Of a stretch of DNA of 64,000 nt, positions 12,095 through 23,829 are shown in pieces (position 1 is the first letter of the stretch; each line of letters starts with the position of its first letter). The notes under the pieces were generated by a model that worked only from the letters and a program-made list of their open reading frames with translations, did no database searches and was not told the DNA's origin. Origin of the DNA: Macrostomum lignano (Eukaryota). The translations under genes were made by a program, and so were the position numbers. The DNA lies in the NCBI GenBank assembly GCA_002269645.1, contig NIVC01000016.1, positions 682,001 to 746,000 on the forward strand. Reading direction: 5' to 3'.

Positions 12095-12345
12095 ATACCC
12101 TTTACCCGATCCCCATGCCCGAATCCCCATGCTCGAATCCCCTTTACCCGATCCCCATGCCCGAATCCCCTTTTCCCGATCCCCATGCCCGAATCCCCAT
12201 GCTCGAATCCCCTTTTCCCGATCCCCATGCCCGAATCCCCATGCCTGAATCCACTTTTCACGATCCCCATGCCCGAATCCCCATGCCTGAATCCACTTTT
12301 CACGATCCCCATGCCCGAATCCCCCATGCATGAATCCACCTTCCC
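12095..12345. repeat. ~43-bp repeat of ~14-bp CCGAATCCCCATGC subunits
   Basis: Tandem units immediately upstream of the MPG acceptor. Confidence 0.9.
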
Positions 12346-12502
12346 TGATCGCCATGTCCCAATCATTTCCATTGATTTTTAATAGATCCCTTTGTTCGAT
12401 CTATTCATATGTTCCCAAATGTCAATTTTTTAAATAAATCTGCCAAATAGACTTCTCAATCTCAGCTACTCCAAGCCTCTTCATCACATTGCTCGCCCGC
12501 AG

Positions 12503-13522
12503 GCATCCCCGGCCGCAGTCCGCCTTGGCCGCGACTTCTACGCCCGCGACTGCGTGGAGCTGGCTAAGCGGCTGCTGGGCCAGCGCCTGGTCTGCGAGGC
12601 CTCGGACCCCAGCGGCTGCCGCTCAGCCGGCCGCATAGTGGAAACTGAGGCCTACCTGGGCGAGGCTGACCCGGCCGCGCACTCTTACAGAGGCCCAACT
12701 GAGCGCAACGCCGCTATGTTCATGCAGCCGGGCACCTGCTACGTGTACAGCATCTACGGCCAGTACTGCTGCATCAACGTATCATCCAATGGCGACGGTT
12801 GCGCAGTACTAATCCGCGCCTTGGAACCGTGCGAAGGCGAGTCGGCTATGCAGTCGCGACGCGGCAAATTCGGTAAAACTACTAATAGTAGCAATAATAC
12901 CGTTGGCGCAAAATTGTTGAAACCGCACGAGCTGTGCAACGGTCCGTCCAAGCTGTGCCAAGCACTAGCAATTGATAAGCTGACTCATAATAAAACTGAC
13001 ATGTGCGATCCGGCTGCCCGGGTGTACATTGAGTCGGCGCCCGGCCCGCCAACCAATCAGATTGTCACTTCGCGGCGGATCGGTATTGACGGCTGCGGGC
13101 CGGCCGCCGCCGCCATGCCGCTGCGATTCTATTGGCTCGGCTGTTCCTGCGTTAGCCGGCGAGATAAGGACGCGGAGGCTTTGACGGCGCCAGCCGAGGC
13201 GGCAACATCAAAGGCGTCAACTAATGCCAACTTGCCAACTTCAAAGCAGATATCGCAAGCAACTTCAAAGGCACCGCCGCCAAATTCAAAGGCACCGCCG
13301 CCAACTTTAAAGGCACCGCCGCCAACTTCAAAGGCACCGCCGCCAACTTCAAAGGCACCGCCGCCAACTTCAAAGGCACCGCCGCCGCCAACTTCAAAGG
13401 CACCGCCGCCAACTTCAAAGGCACCGCCGCCGCCAACTTCAAAGACGTCGGCTAGGCCTAAATCACAAATCCGGAATGCCGATTCCGATTCGTCGCCACC
13501 CAAACGAAAGCGGCTTCGCTAG
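12503..13522 (+). CDS. MPG: 3-methyladenine (alkyladenine) DNA glycosylase with repetitive C-terminal tail; initiator ATG not in this exon
   Basis: After the acceptor CCCGCAG| the frame reads ASPAAVRLGRDFYARDCVELAKRLLGQRLV, GRIVETEAYLG, YVYSIYGQYCCINVSS, VLIRALEP, LCNGPSKLCQAL and RIGI, all hallmarks of AAG/MPG. Stop at 13520-13522. Confidence 0.92.
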   Translation, partial: ASPAAVRLGRDFYARDCVELAKRLLGQRLVCEASDPSGCRSAGRIVETEAYLGEADPAAHSYRGPTERNAAMFMQPGTCYVYSIYGQYCCINVSSNGDGCAVLIRALEPCEGESAMQSRRGKFGKTTNSSNNTVGAKLLKPHELCNGPSKLCQALAIDKLTHNKTDMCDPAARVYIESAPGPPTNQIVTSRRIGIDGCGPAAAAMPLRFYWLGCSCVSRRDKDAEALTAPAEAATSKASTNANLPTSKQISQATSKAPPPNSKAPPPTLKAPPPTSKAPPPTSKAPPPTSKAPPPPTSKAPPPTSKAPPPPTSKTSARPKSQIRNADSDSSPPKRKRLR

Positions 13523-13914
13523 TTAGAATATAATTTCCATTTCCATGCGTAGCTGATGTTTTTATTATTGTTTTCTATAATCACTCTCGGCATATTTTTC
13601 AACGTATTCAACGATGCCTCTAATAGGCATTTTGACATTCCACTTACGCTCGTACTAAGCAGTAGTATTGGCAGATTTAAAAAATATTTTTGTAGTAGCA
13701 TAAATTAGCCTCTATTTGCACTTGTTTTAATGCTATTTGCAGTCATATATAAAAAAGAAACAATTTTTCCTATCACAAAATTCTTTCTTGTAACCGTTGA
13801 TTACGCTCAATTAAGCTTGTTATATTTGTTACATTTGTATTTGCCCTATTTTTTCTAGTCATTAATTTTCAACTTTTACCGGCACTCTTTAGTTGCTGGG
13901 TTGCCCTCCTAGGT

Positions 13915-14426
13915 AGATCTTCAGGCTGGCCCTCCCAGATCCTCAGGGTAGCCCTCTCAGATCCTCAGGCTGGCCCTCTCAGATCCTCAGACTGGCCCTC
14001 CCAGATCCTCAGGCTGACCCTCTCAGATCCTCAGACTGGCCCTCCCAGATCCTCAGGCTGGCCCTCTCAGATCCTCAGACTGGCCCTCCCAGATCCTCAG
14101 ACTGGCCCTCCCAGATCCTCAGGCTGGCCCTCTCAGATCCTCAGACTGGCCCTCCCAGATCCTCAGGCTGGCCCTCCCAGATCCTCAGGCTGGCCCTCTC
14201 AGATCCTCAGACTGGCCCTCTCATATCCTCAGACTGGCCCTCCCAGATCCTCAGGCTGGCCCTCTCAGATCCTCAGACTGGCCCTCCCAGATCCTCAGAC
14301 TGGCCCTCCCAGATCCTCAGACTGGCCCTCCCAGATCCTCAGACTGGCCCTCCCAGATCCTCAGGCTGGCCCTCCCAGATCCTCAGGCTGGCCCTCTCAG
14401 ATCCTCAGACTGGCCCTCCCAGATCC
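13915..14426. repeat. 22-bp minisatellite (CTGGCCCTCCCAGATCCTCAG[G/A])
   Basis: About 23 tandem units between MPG and syntaxin-5. Confidence 0.95.
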
Positions 14427-14493
14427 CATAGCAGTTGCCAAGCGCCTCACAACGAAAATTTCCCATCGCGCTCCCTTTTGCAGCTCAGCCCCC

Positions 14494-15839
14494 ATGAACG
14501 GTGAATTTGGCGCCAGGCATCGGCGCGAGCCAGTCGGCGCCAGCTGGGGTCGCTCTGGCGCCTGGCAGGAAACTTACTACGGCTCCCCGGCGCCGTCACC
14601 GCCTGCCGCGTCTGGTTTTAGCGCCACGGCGCCGGCGTCAAACGCGTCGATGGCGCCTTCGTTGCCGAGCGGCGGCGCCGGCGGTTGTCGCGATCGGACG
14701 CCGGAATTTCGCGCCGTCGTCTCCCAGATGTGCGGCCTTGGCGGCGGTGCCGCCGGTTGGCGCCGAAGAGCTGGCGCCACACCAGGCGCCGTTGGCGAGT
14801 CCCGTTTCGCAATGCACGCGCGCCAAATTGGCGCCAATTTGAATCGGACAGGCGCCAAAATGCAGAAACTGGCGCTGCTGGCCGGGCGTACCGCCACCGG
14901 GCATCAACAGCTGCCGGTTTCTGTCGGAGAGTTCGACGAGCTCGCCAGGATTGTCGGTCAGGTGAGAGTGCAACTTCTGACTGGCGATATGTATCGTAAA
15001 TAACTTTGTTTAGCGTAAAAGCTGCGTTAAATTTTTAAACAAAGCTGATGAAATTTGGTAAAATTTAATAGTTTAAATATTGGAATTCCATCCCAATGTC
15101 TATCCTAATTATTCCCATTCTTATCCTCTATCTGAGGTTAAGCAGAGTCGGTTGTGGTTAGTATGCAACTTCAATATCCGAGAAGCTTAAAAGCGGGTAT
15201 ATTGCTACTCTACTGTTAGTAATATCAGCTTGATCGGAAAAACCGGCACTTGCACAGGATCTGAACGGCCTGAACCAGTCGATCGGATTGCTGCAAGACT
15301 CCATCAGGCACAGCGGCGCATCTCCGCACGGCCAGTCGGCAGCCCACAGTAGCGCTGTAGTGCTGGCGCTGCAGACCCGTCTGGCCGACATGTCCGGCCG
15401 GTATCAGGACACTGTCCAGCTGAAGCAGCAGCAGCAGAAGCAACACCAGGCCGCCTATCAATCTGATTCGATGCACCGCAGTCAATCTGACGCTTCGGTC
15501 ATTGACATGTCGGGCATCGTGGAGCAGCACCAGCGGCAGGGCCAGGTGCTCGCCAATGCGCGGGAGCAGGACGAGCGGGACGATGCAATGCGAAGCATCG
15601 AACAGACCATGGTGGACCTCGGCTCCGTGTTCCAGCAGCTCGCCACCATTGTGAAGGAGCAGGACGAGCTGGTGCACCGTATCGGAGCCAGCGTTGACGA
15701 CACCGCCCTCAACGTCGATGTGGCTCACGCGGAATTGTTAAAATTTTTCAAATCTTTAACCTCAAATAGGAGCTTAATGCTGAAGGTGTTCGGCCTGCTT
15801 GTCATTTTCTTTGTCTTGTTTGTTGTGTTTCTGCGATGA
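14494..15839 (+). CDS. STX5: Syntaxin-5 (Qa-SNARE, ER-Golgi)
   Basis: Exons 14494-14961 and 15258-15839 (phase 0; CAG|GTGAGA ... GCACAG|GAT). Contains the RDRTPEF Sly1-binding motif, the SNARE motif MRSIEQTMVDLGSVFQQLATIVKEQDE and a C-terminal TM segment (NRSLMLKVFGLLVIFFVLFVVFLR). Confidence 0.9.
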
Positions 15840-15944
15840 GAGTCTTTTTATGAGAGTAATTTGCCTCAGTGCTGTGGCGTCTCTGACATCTGGCTTTATT
15901 GGTGCCGTTGTTTGCTGTCTGAGATTTCATACTGATATATTGGT

Positions 15945-17255
15945 GAGAATATCTAGCCCAGGTATGAGATTAGAGATTAGGCATCTACTAAAATAAATGA
16001 GAATATGAGATTAGAGATTATATATCTAATAAAATAGGTGAGATTATCTAGCCAAGGTATGAGATTTGAGATTTGACATCTACATGGTGAGAATATCTAG
16101 TCCAGGTATGAGATTATAGCTTAGACATCTACATAGGTGAGAATATCTAGCCCAGGTATGAGATTAGAGATTTCACATCTACATGGTGAGAATATCTAGC
16201 CCAGGTATGAGATTAGAGGTTAGACATCTACATGGTGAGAATATCTAGTCCAGGTATGAGATTATAGCTTAGACATCTACATAGGTGAGAATATCTAGCC
16301 CAGGTATGAGATTAGAGGTTAGACATCTACATAGGTGATAATATCTAGCCCAGGTATGAGATTAGAGATTTCACATCTACATGGTGAGAATATCTAGCCC
16401 AGGTATGAGATTAGAGGTTAGACATCTACATAGGTGATAATATCTAGCCCAGGTATGAGATTAGAGATTTCACATCTACATGGTGAGAATATCTAGCCCA
16501 GGTATGAGATTAGAGATTTCACATCTACATGGTGAGAATATCTAGCCCAGGTATGAGATTAGAGGTTAGACATCTACATGGTGAGAATATCTAGCCCAGG
16601 TATGAGATTAGAGGTTAGACATCTACATAGGTGATAATATCTAGCCAAGGTATGAGATTAGATGTTAGACATCTACATAGGTGATAATATCTAGCCCAGG
16701 TATGAGATTAGATGTTAGACATCTACATAGGTGATAATATCTAGCCCAGGTATGAGATTAGATGTTAGACATCTACATAGGTGATGATATCTAGCCAAGG
16801 TATGAGATTAGAGATTTCACATCTACATGGTGAGAATATCTAGCCCAGGTATGAGATTAGATGTTAGACATCTACATAGGTGATAATATCTAGCCAATGT
16901 ATGAGATTAGATGTTAGACATCTACATAGGTGATAATATCTAGCCAAGGTATGAGATTAGATGTTAGACATCTACATAGGTGATAATATCTAGCCAAGGT
17001 ATGAGATTAGAGGTTAGACATCTACATAGGTGATAATATCTAGCCCAGGTATGAGATTATAGCTTAGACATCTACATAGGTGATAATATCTAGCCCAGGT
17101 ATGAGATTAGATGTTAGACATCTACATAGGTGATAATATCTAGCCAATGTATGAGATTAGAGGTTAGACATCTACATAGGTGATAATATCTAGCCAATGT
17201 ATGAGATTAGAGATTTAAATCTAAAATAGGTGAGAATAAAGATTTGACATCTAAA
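15945..17255. repeat. 48-49-bp minisatellite (GAGAATATCTAGCCCAGGTATGAGATTAGAG.TT.ACATCTACAT[A]GGT)
   Basis: About 27 tandem units downstream of STX5. Confidence 0.95.
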
Positions 17256-17876
17256 TGGGTGAGAATTTCCTGCTAGGAGATGAGATCATATTTTATGTGT
17301 GAGATATACTGCAGAGAATCTAATTTACCCGAGTCTAATTGCTGTACCTCTCGGATCTCGTGTTATCAAAGCTAAGACAAAACAGCACCAGCAGTTTAAT
17401 ATTATAAGTCTTTCGCTCATAAATATAATGTGTTTTTGTTGAGTTTAAATCGTTGATTTAATTGCTAAGTTAAAAAAAAACTCGTAGATTTTTTCTCTTA
17501 TGATGCAAATGGTTTCTGAATGACTGAGTGAGTTTTGAAATTCATTATTTATTTAAACTAGCCTATTAATAACCTATTAACCTTTGTCTTGACTATCAGT
17601 GGTGGCGGTTAAACATGTTAGGCAGATGTAATTCAATTATATAAATCATTAACTGTGTACTCTATGCTAGGCATAGCATGTGTACGCAATATTGGCCTAT
17701 TTGGCTTTTATTGGAGGACCAAATTTCAATCATATATCTATTGCTGTGTCACCTGCTCGTAGCTCTGTAATACAAGTGATGTTCACTGATATTGTCACTG
17801 GAGTGCCTTCTTTGTTGCTTTATAAGTTATTTCAGTAGGTGAATGTCTTAATGAGTTATCTATTTGGTATTGCTGT

Positions 17877-20800
17877 TCAGGACTTCAGGCTGGATCCCTC
17901 ACCGATTCGTCAGGACTTTAGGCTCAATCCCTCACCGATTCTTCATGACTTCAGACTCAATCTCCCGCCATTTCTCAGGACTTCAGACTCAATCCCTCAC
18001 CGATTCTTCAGGACTTCAGACTCAATCCCTCACCGTTTCTTCAGGACTTCAGACTCAATCCCTCACCGTTTCTTCAGGACTTCAGACTCAATCCCTCACC
18101 GATTCTTCAGGACTTCAGACTCAATCCCTCACCGATTCTTCAGGACTTCAGACTCAATCCCTCACCGTTTCTTCAGGACTTCAGACTCAATCCCTCACCG
18201 ATTCTTCAGGACTTCAGACTCAATCCCTCACCGATTCTTCAGGACTTCAGACTCAATCCCTCACCGATTCTTCAGGACTTCAGACTCAATCCCTCACCGT
18301 TTCTTCAGGATTTCGGACTCAATCCCTCACCGTTTCTTCAGGACTTCAGACTCAATCTCCCGCCATTTCTCAGGACTTCAGGCTCAATCCCTCACCGATT
18401 CTTCAGGACTTCAGACTCAATCCCTCACCGATTCTTCAGGACTTCAGACTCAATCTCCCGCCATTTCTCAGGACTTCAGACTCAATCCCTCACCGTTTCT
18501 TCAGGACTTCAGACTCAATCTCCCGCCATTTCTCAGGACTTCAGGCTCAATCCCTCACCGATTCTTCAGGACTTCAGACTCAATCCCTCACCGATTCTTC
18601 AGGACTTCAGACTCAATCCCTCACCGATTCTTCAGGACTTCAGACTCAATCCCTCACCGTTTCTTCAGGATTTCGGACTCAATCCCTCACCGTTTCTTCA
18701 GGACTTCAGACTCAATCTCCCGCCATTTCTCAGGACTTCAGGCTCAATCCCTCACCGATTCTTCAGGACTTCAGACTCAATCCCTCACCGTTTCTTCAGG
18801 ACTTCAGACTCAATCCCTCACTGTTTCTTCAGGACTTCAGACTCAATCCCTCACCGATTCTTCATGACTTCAGACTCAATCCCTTACCGATTCTTCAGGA
18901 CTTCAGACTCAATCCCTCACCGTTTCTTCAGGACTTCAGACTCAATCCCTCACTGTTTCTTCAGGACTTCAGACTCAATCCCTCACCGTTTCTTCAGGAC
19001 TTCAGACTCAATCCCTCACCGATTCTTCATGACTTCAGACTCAATCCCTCACCGATTCTTCAGGACTTCAGACTCAATCCCTCACCGTTTCTTCAGGACT
19101 TCAGACTCAATCTCCCGCCATTTCTCAGGACTTCAGACTCAATCCCTCACCGATTCTTCAGGACTTCAGGCTCAATCCCTCACCGATTCTTCAGGACTTC
19201 AGACTCAATCCCTCACCGATTCTTCAGGACTTCAGACTCAATCCCTCACCGATTCTTCAGGACTTCAGACTCAATCCCTCACCGATTCTTCATGACTTCA
19301 GACTCAATCCCTCACCGATTCTTCAGGACTTCAGACTCAATCCCTCACCGATTCTTCAGGACTTCAGACTCAATCCCTCACCGTTTCTTCAGGATTTCGG
19401 ACTCAATCCCTCACCGTTTCTTCAGGACTTCAGACTCAATCTCCCGCCATTTCTCAGGACTTCAGACTCAATCCCTCACCGATTCTTCAGGACTTCAGAC
19501 TCAATCCCTCACCGATTCTTCAGGTCTTCAGACTCAATCTCCCGCCGATTCTTCAGGACTTCAGACTCAATCCCTCACCGATTCTTCAGGACTTCAGACT
19601 CAATCCCTCACCGATTCTTCAGTACTTCAGGCTCAATCTCCCGCCATTTCTCAGGACTTCAGACTCAATCCCTCACCGATTCTTCAGGACTTCAGACTCA
19701 ATCCCTCACCGATTCTTCAGGACTTCAGGCTCAATCCCTCACCGATTCTTCAGGACTTCAGACTCAATCCCTCACCGATTCTTCAGGACTTCAGACTCAA
19801 TCCCTCACCGTTTCTTCAGGACTTCAGACTCAATCCCTCACCGATTCTTCAGGACTTCAGACTCAATCCCTCACCGATTCTTCAGGACTTCAGACTCAAT
19901 CCCTCACCGATTCTTCAGGACTTCAGACTCAATCCCTCACCGTTTCTTCAGGATTTCGGACTCAATCCCTCACCGTTTCTTCAGGACTTCAGACTCAATC
20001 TCCCGCCATTTCTCAGGACTTCAGGCTCAATCCCTCACCGATTCTTCAGGACTTCAGACTCAATCCCTCACCGATTCTTCAGGACTTCAGACTCAATCTC
20101 CCGCCATTTCTCAGGACTTCAGACTCAATCCCTCACCGTTTCTTCAGGACTTCAGACTCAATCTCCCGCCATTTCTCAGGACTTCAGGCTCAATCCCTCA
20201 CCGATTCTTCAGGACTTCAGACTCAATCCCTCACCGTTTCTTCAGGACTTCAGACTCAATCCCTCACTGTTTCTTCAGGACTTCAGACTCAATCCCTCAC
20301 CGTTTCTTCAGGACTTCAGACTCAATCCCTCACCGATTCTTCATGACTTCAGACTCAATCCCTCACCGATTCTTCAGGACTTCAGACTCAATCCCTCACC
20401 GTTTCTTCAGGACTTCAGACTCAATCTCCCGCCATTTCTCAGGACTTCAGACTCAATCCCTCACCGTTTCTTCAGGACTTCAGACTCAATCCCTCACCGT
20501 TTCTTCAGGACTTCAGGCTCAATCCCTCACCGATTCTTCAGGACTTCAGGCTCAATCCCTCACCGATTCTTCAGGACTTCAGACTCAATCCCTCACCGAT
20601 TCTTCAGGACTTCAGGCTCAATCCCTCACCGATTCTTCAGGACTTCAGACTCAATCCCTCACCGATTCTTCATGACTTCAGACTCAATCCCTCACCGATT
20701 CTTCAGGACTTCAGACTCAATCCCTCACCGATTCTTCAGGACTTCAGACTCAATCCCTCACCGTTTCTTCAGGATTTCGGACTCAATCCCTCACCGTTTC

Positions 20801-21650
20801 TTCAGGACTTCAGACTCAATCTCCCGCCATTTCTCAGGACTTCAGACTCAATCCCTCACCGATTCTTCAGGACTTCAGACTCAATCCCTCACCGATTCTT
20901 CAGGACTTCAGACTCAATCTCCCGCCGATTCTTCAGGACTTCAGACTCAATCCCTCACCGATTCTTCAGGACTTCAGACTCAATCCCTCACCGATTCTTC
21001 AGTACTTCAGGCTCAATCTCCCGCCATTTCTCAGGACTTCAGACTCAATCCCTCACCGATTCTTCAGGACTTCAGACTCAATCCCTCACCGATTCTTCAG
21101 GACTTCAGGCTCAATCCCTCACCGATTCTTCAGGACTTCAGACTCAATCCCTCACCGATTCTTCAGGACTTCAGACTCAATCCCTCACCGTTTCTTCAGG
21201 ACTTCAGACTCAATCCCTCACCGATTCTTCAGGACTTCAGACTCAATCCCTCACCGATTCTTCAGGACTTCAGACTCAATCCCTCACCGATTCTTCAGGA
21301 CTTCAGACTCAATCCCTCACCGTTTCTTCAGGATTTCGGACTCAATCCCTCACCGTTTCTTCAGGACTTCAGACTCAATCTCCCGCCATTTCTCAGGACT
21401 TCAGGCTCAATCCCTCACCGATTCTTCAGGACTTCAGACTCAATCCCTCACCGATTCTTCAGGACTTCAGACTCAATCCCTCACCGATTCTTCAGGACTT
21501 CAGACTCAATCCCTCACCGTTTCTTCAGGACTTCAGGCTCAATCCCTCACCGTTTCTTCAGGACTTCAGACTCGATGCCCCGCCGATTCTTCAGGACTTC
21601 AGACTAAATCTCCCGCCACTTCTCAGGATGTTAGGCTCAATTCCCCAAAG
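17877..21650. repeat. ~3.8-kb array of a 33-bp unit (CAGGACTTCAGACTCAATCCCTCACCGATTCTT) with a 32-bp variant
   Basis: Over 110 units ending ~75 bp before the METTL1 acceptor; explains the spurious 1247-aa ORF. Confidence 0.97.
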
Positions 21651-21744
21651 CTCTTCTAGGCTTCGATCCTAAATGCTACTCCGTACTTCAAACTCGATAT
21701 TCGTCCGCTCCATTTCTGACTGCAGACTCGAGCCCTCACCTTCA

Positions 21745-22779
21745 ATGGCCTCAATAAGTGAGGAGCAGCAGCTGCCGCAGAAGCGCTACTTCCGGCAGCG
21801 GGCGCACTGCAACCCGCACTCCCGGCATAGTCTGGACTCGCCAAGCCGGCCGGCTGACGTCGACTGGCCGGGCATCTTTGCCAGCGATTTCAAAGAAGGC
21901 GACGATGTGGAATTCGCCGATGTCGGCTGCGGCTACGGCGGCATGCTGTTCGCCCTGGCCGAGCTGCACCCGGACAGGCGGGCGCTCGGCATGGAGATTC
22001 GGATTAAAGTGTGCGACTATGTGCAAGAGAAGATTCGAGCTATGCGAGCCGCTCATCCTGGTTGCTATGGCAACATTGCCTGCGTCAGGAGCAACGCTAT
22101 GAAACAGTTGGTTAATTATTTTCGAAAGGTGCGCGTTCGCAGAGTTTGATAATTCTACACTCAAACAGTAGTAACTTCTGCCAATTCCTGAGACGCCATT
22201 TTGTTGGATGTGACGCATTGAGCTGAATCACAACTTGATGCATCGATTTCAGGAAATGACACCTTGATTCCAGGAAATGACTTCTTGGTTGCAGGAAATG
22301 ACACTTTGATTCCAGGAAATGATACCTTGATTCCAGGAAATGACACCTTGATTCCAGGAAATGATACCTTGATTCCAGGAAATGACACCTTGATTCCAGG
22401 AAATGATACCTTGATTCCAGGAAATGACACCTTGATTCCAGGAAATGATACCTTGATTCCAGGAAATGACACCTTGATTCCAGGAAATGACACCTTGATT
22501 CCAGGAAATGACACCTTGATTCCAGGAAATGACACCTTGATTTCAGGAAATAATGTCTCGATTCCAAGCAATGACCAAACTTGATTCCAGAGAATACCAC
22601 CTTGATTACAGCAAATAATATCTTTCTTCTTAAGTGAAACAATTTTTGGAAAGAACATCCTAATTCTAAGAAATTCACATCTTAGTTCTAGGAAATGATG
22701 CATTGATTTTCTGAAATGAAACTCGATAATTTAAGCAAAATCCGATTAGAAAATCAGAGGGCCGTTTTACACCCTGTGC

Positions 22780-22841
<62 letters not shown>

Positions 22842-23458
22842 TTACAGCATTACAAACGCTTGTATGTTTCTCAGTAGTCATGGGATTGGGCAGAATCGCC
22901 TCAGTGTTGGTTATGAGACGATGTCGCTGGAAGCGTTGCGCCAGGATATACTTATATGAATTGGGTTAATAAATAATATTTATTGGCATAGTTAAAGGGT
23001 CCAGAGAGCTTCTTTCTTGGCATCGGAGACTGTTTCTGGTTTCCTTGTACATCTTACTCGTTTCTCATTGGCCATCGCGACCCCGGCAGGGCCAGCTCAG
23101 CAAGCTGCTGTTCCTGTACCCCGATCCGCATTTCAAACGGGCCAAGCACAAATGGCGAATCATCAGCCCGGCCCTGCTAGCCGAATACGCCTACGTGCTG
23201 CGGCCGGGCGGCCGGCTCTACACGGCTACTGACGTGCCCGAACTGCACGACTGGATTGTGCAGCACGCCGCCTGCCATCCGCTGTTCCGCCAACTGTCGC
23301 CAGATGAGCTGGCGAGCGACCCATTGACGCCGCGTCTGGTCGATACGACCGAGGAGGGCCGGAAAGCTCAACGAGAGGGTCGCAGCTGCCTGCCAGCCGT
23401 GTTCGAACGGGTGCCAGATCCGGCAGATACTACTGGCCAAACTGGTGCTGTTCAGTAG
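21745..23458 (+). CDS. METTL1: tRNA (guanine-N7)-methyltransferase catalytic subunit
   Basis: Exons 21745-22128 and 23090-23458 (phase 0; AAG|GTGCGC ... GGCAG|GGC). Motifs LPQKRYFRQRAHCNP, FADVGCGYGG, GMEIRIKV, SNAMK, FLYPDPHFK, HKWRII, DPL and TEEGRK. Confidence 0.95.
22255..22590. repeat. 21-bp minisatellite (CCTTGATTCCAGGAAATGA[C/T]A) in the METTL1 intron
   Basis: About 15 tandem units. Confidence 0.95.
22782..22839. repeat. (GT)29 microsatellite
   Basis: Directly visible. Confidence 0.97.
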
Positions 23459-23829
23459 TAGTGTAGTATGCACGCATATGCTGTTTTAATCGTATGCACG
23501 CTTTGTGAATAAATGGCTCGTAAAAAATATATTTATTGCGTTACAATTAATTTGCGCAAAAACTCATCCGTTTATTTGGAGAAAAACCTCTCACTTTAAT
23601 TTCTCGTCTTCGACACTGATGTCTTAGAAATTTCCAATCCAGAATTCGAGCGCAGCCCATCACAGTTCAAGATTAGCAAACCAAAAACTGGACTGCGAGA
23701 CGAATGATCCCTTACGAGAACAGGATATTCGACCAGATTTTTCCATAAGCGCCAGTGTATTCAGTACACCCCTGTGCGCCTGCATGTGTCTGCATCAGCT
23801 CTGACTTCGTTGGAAGCTCAACTGCTGGA

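Noticed and set aside
17864-21607. 1247-aa ORF and the overlapping 342/143/110-aa ORFs
   Set aside because: Translations of the 33-bp array, open in several frames, with no real start context or domain.
22112-22703. ORFs with IPGNDTL / FLESRCH / FPGIKVS repeats
   Set aside because: 21-bp array inside the METTL1 intron.
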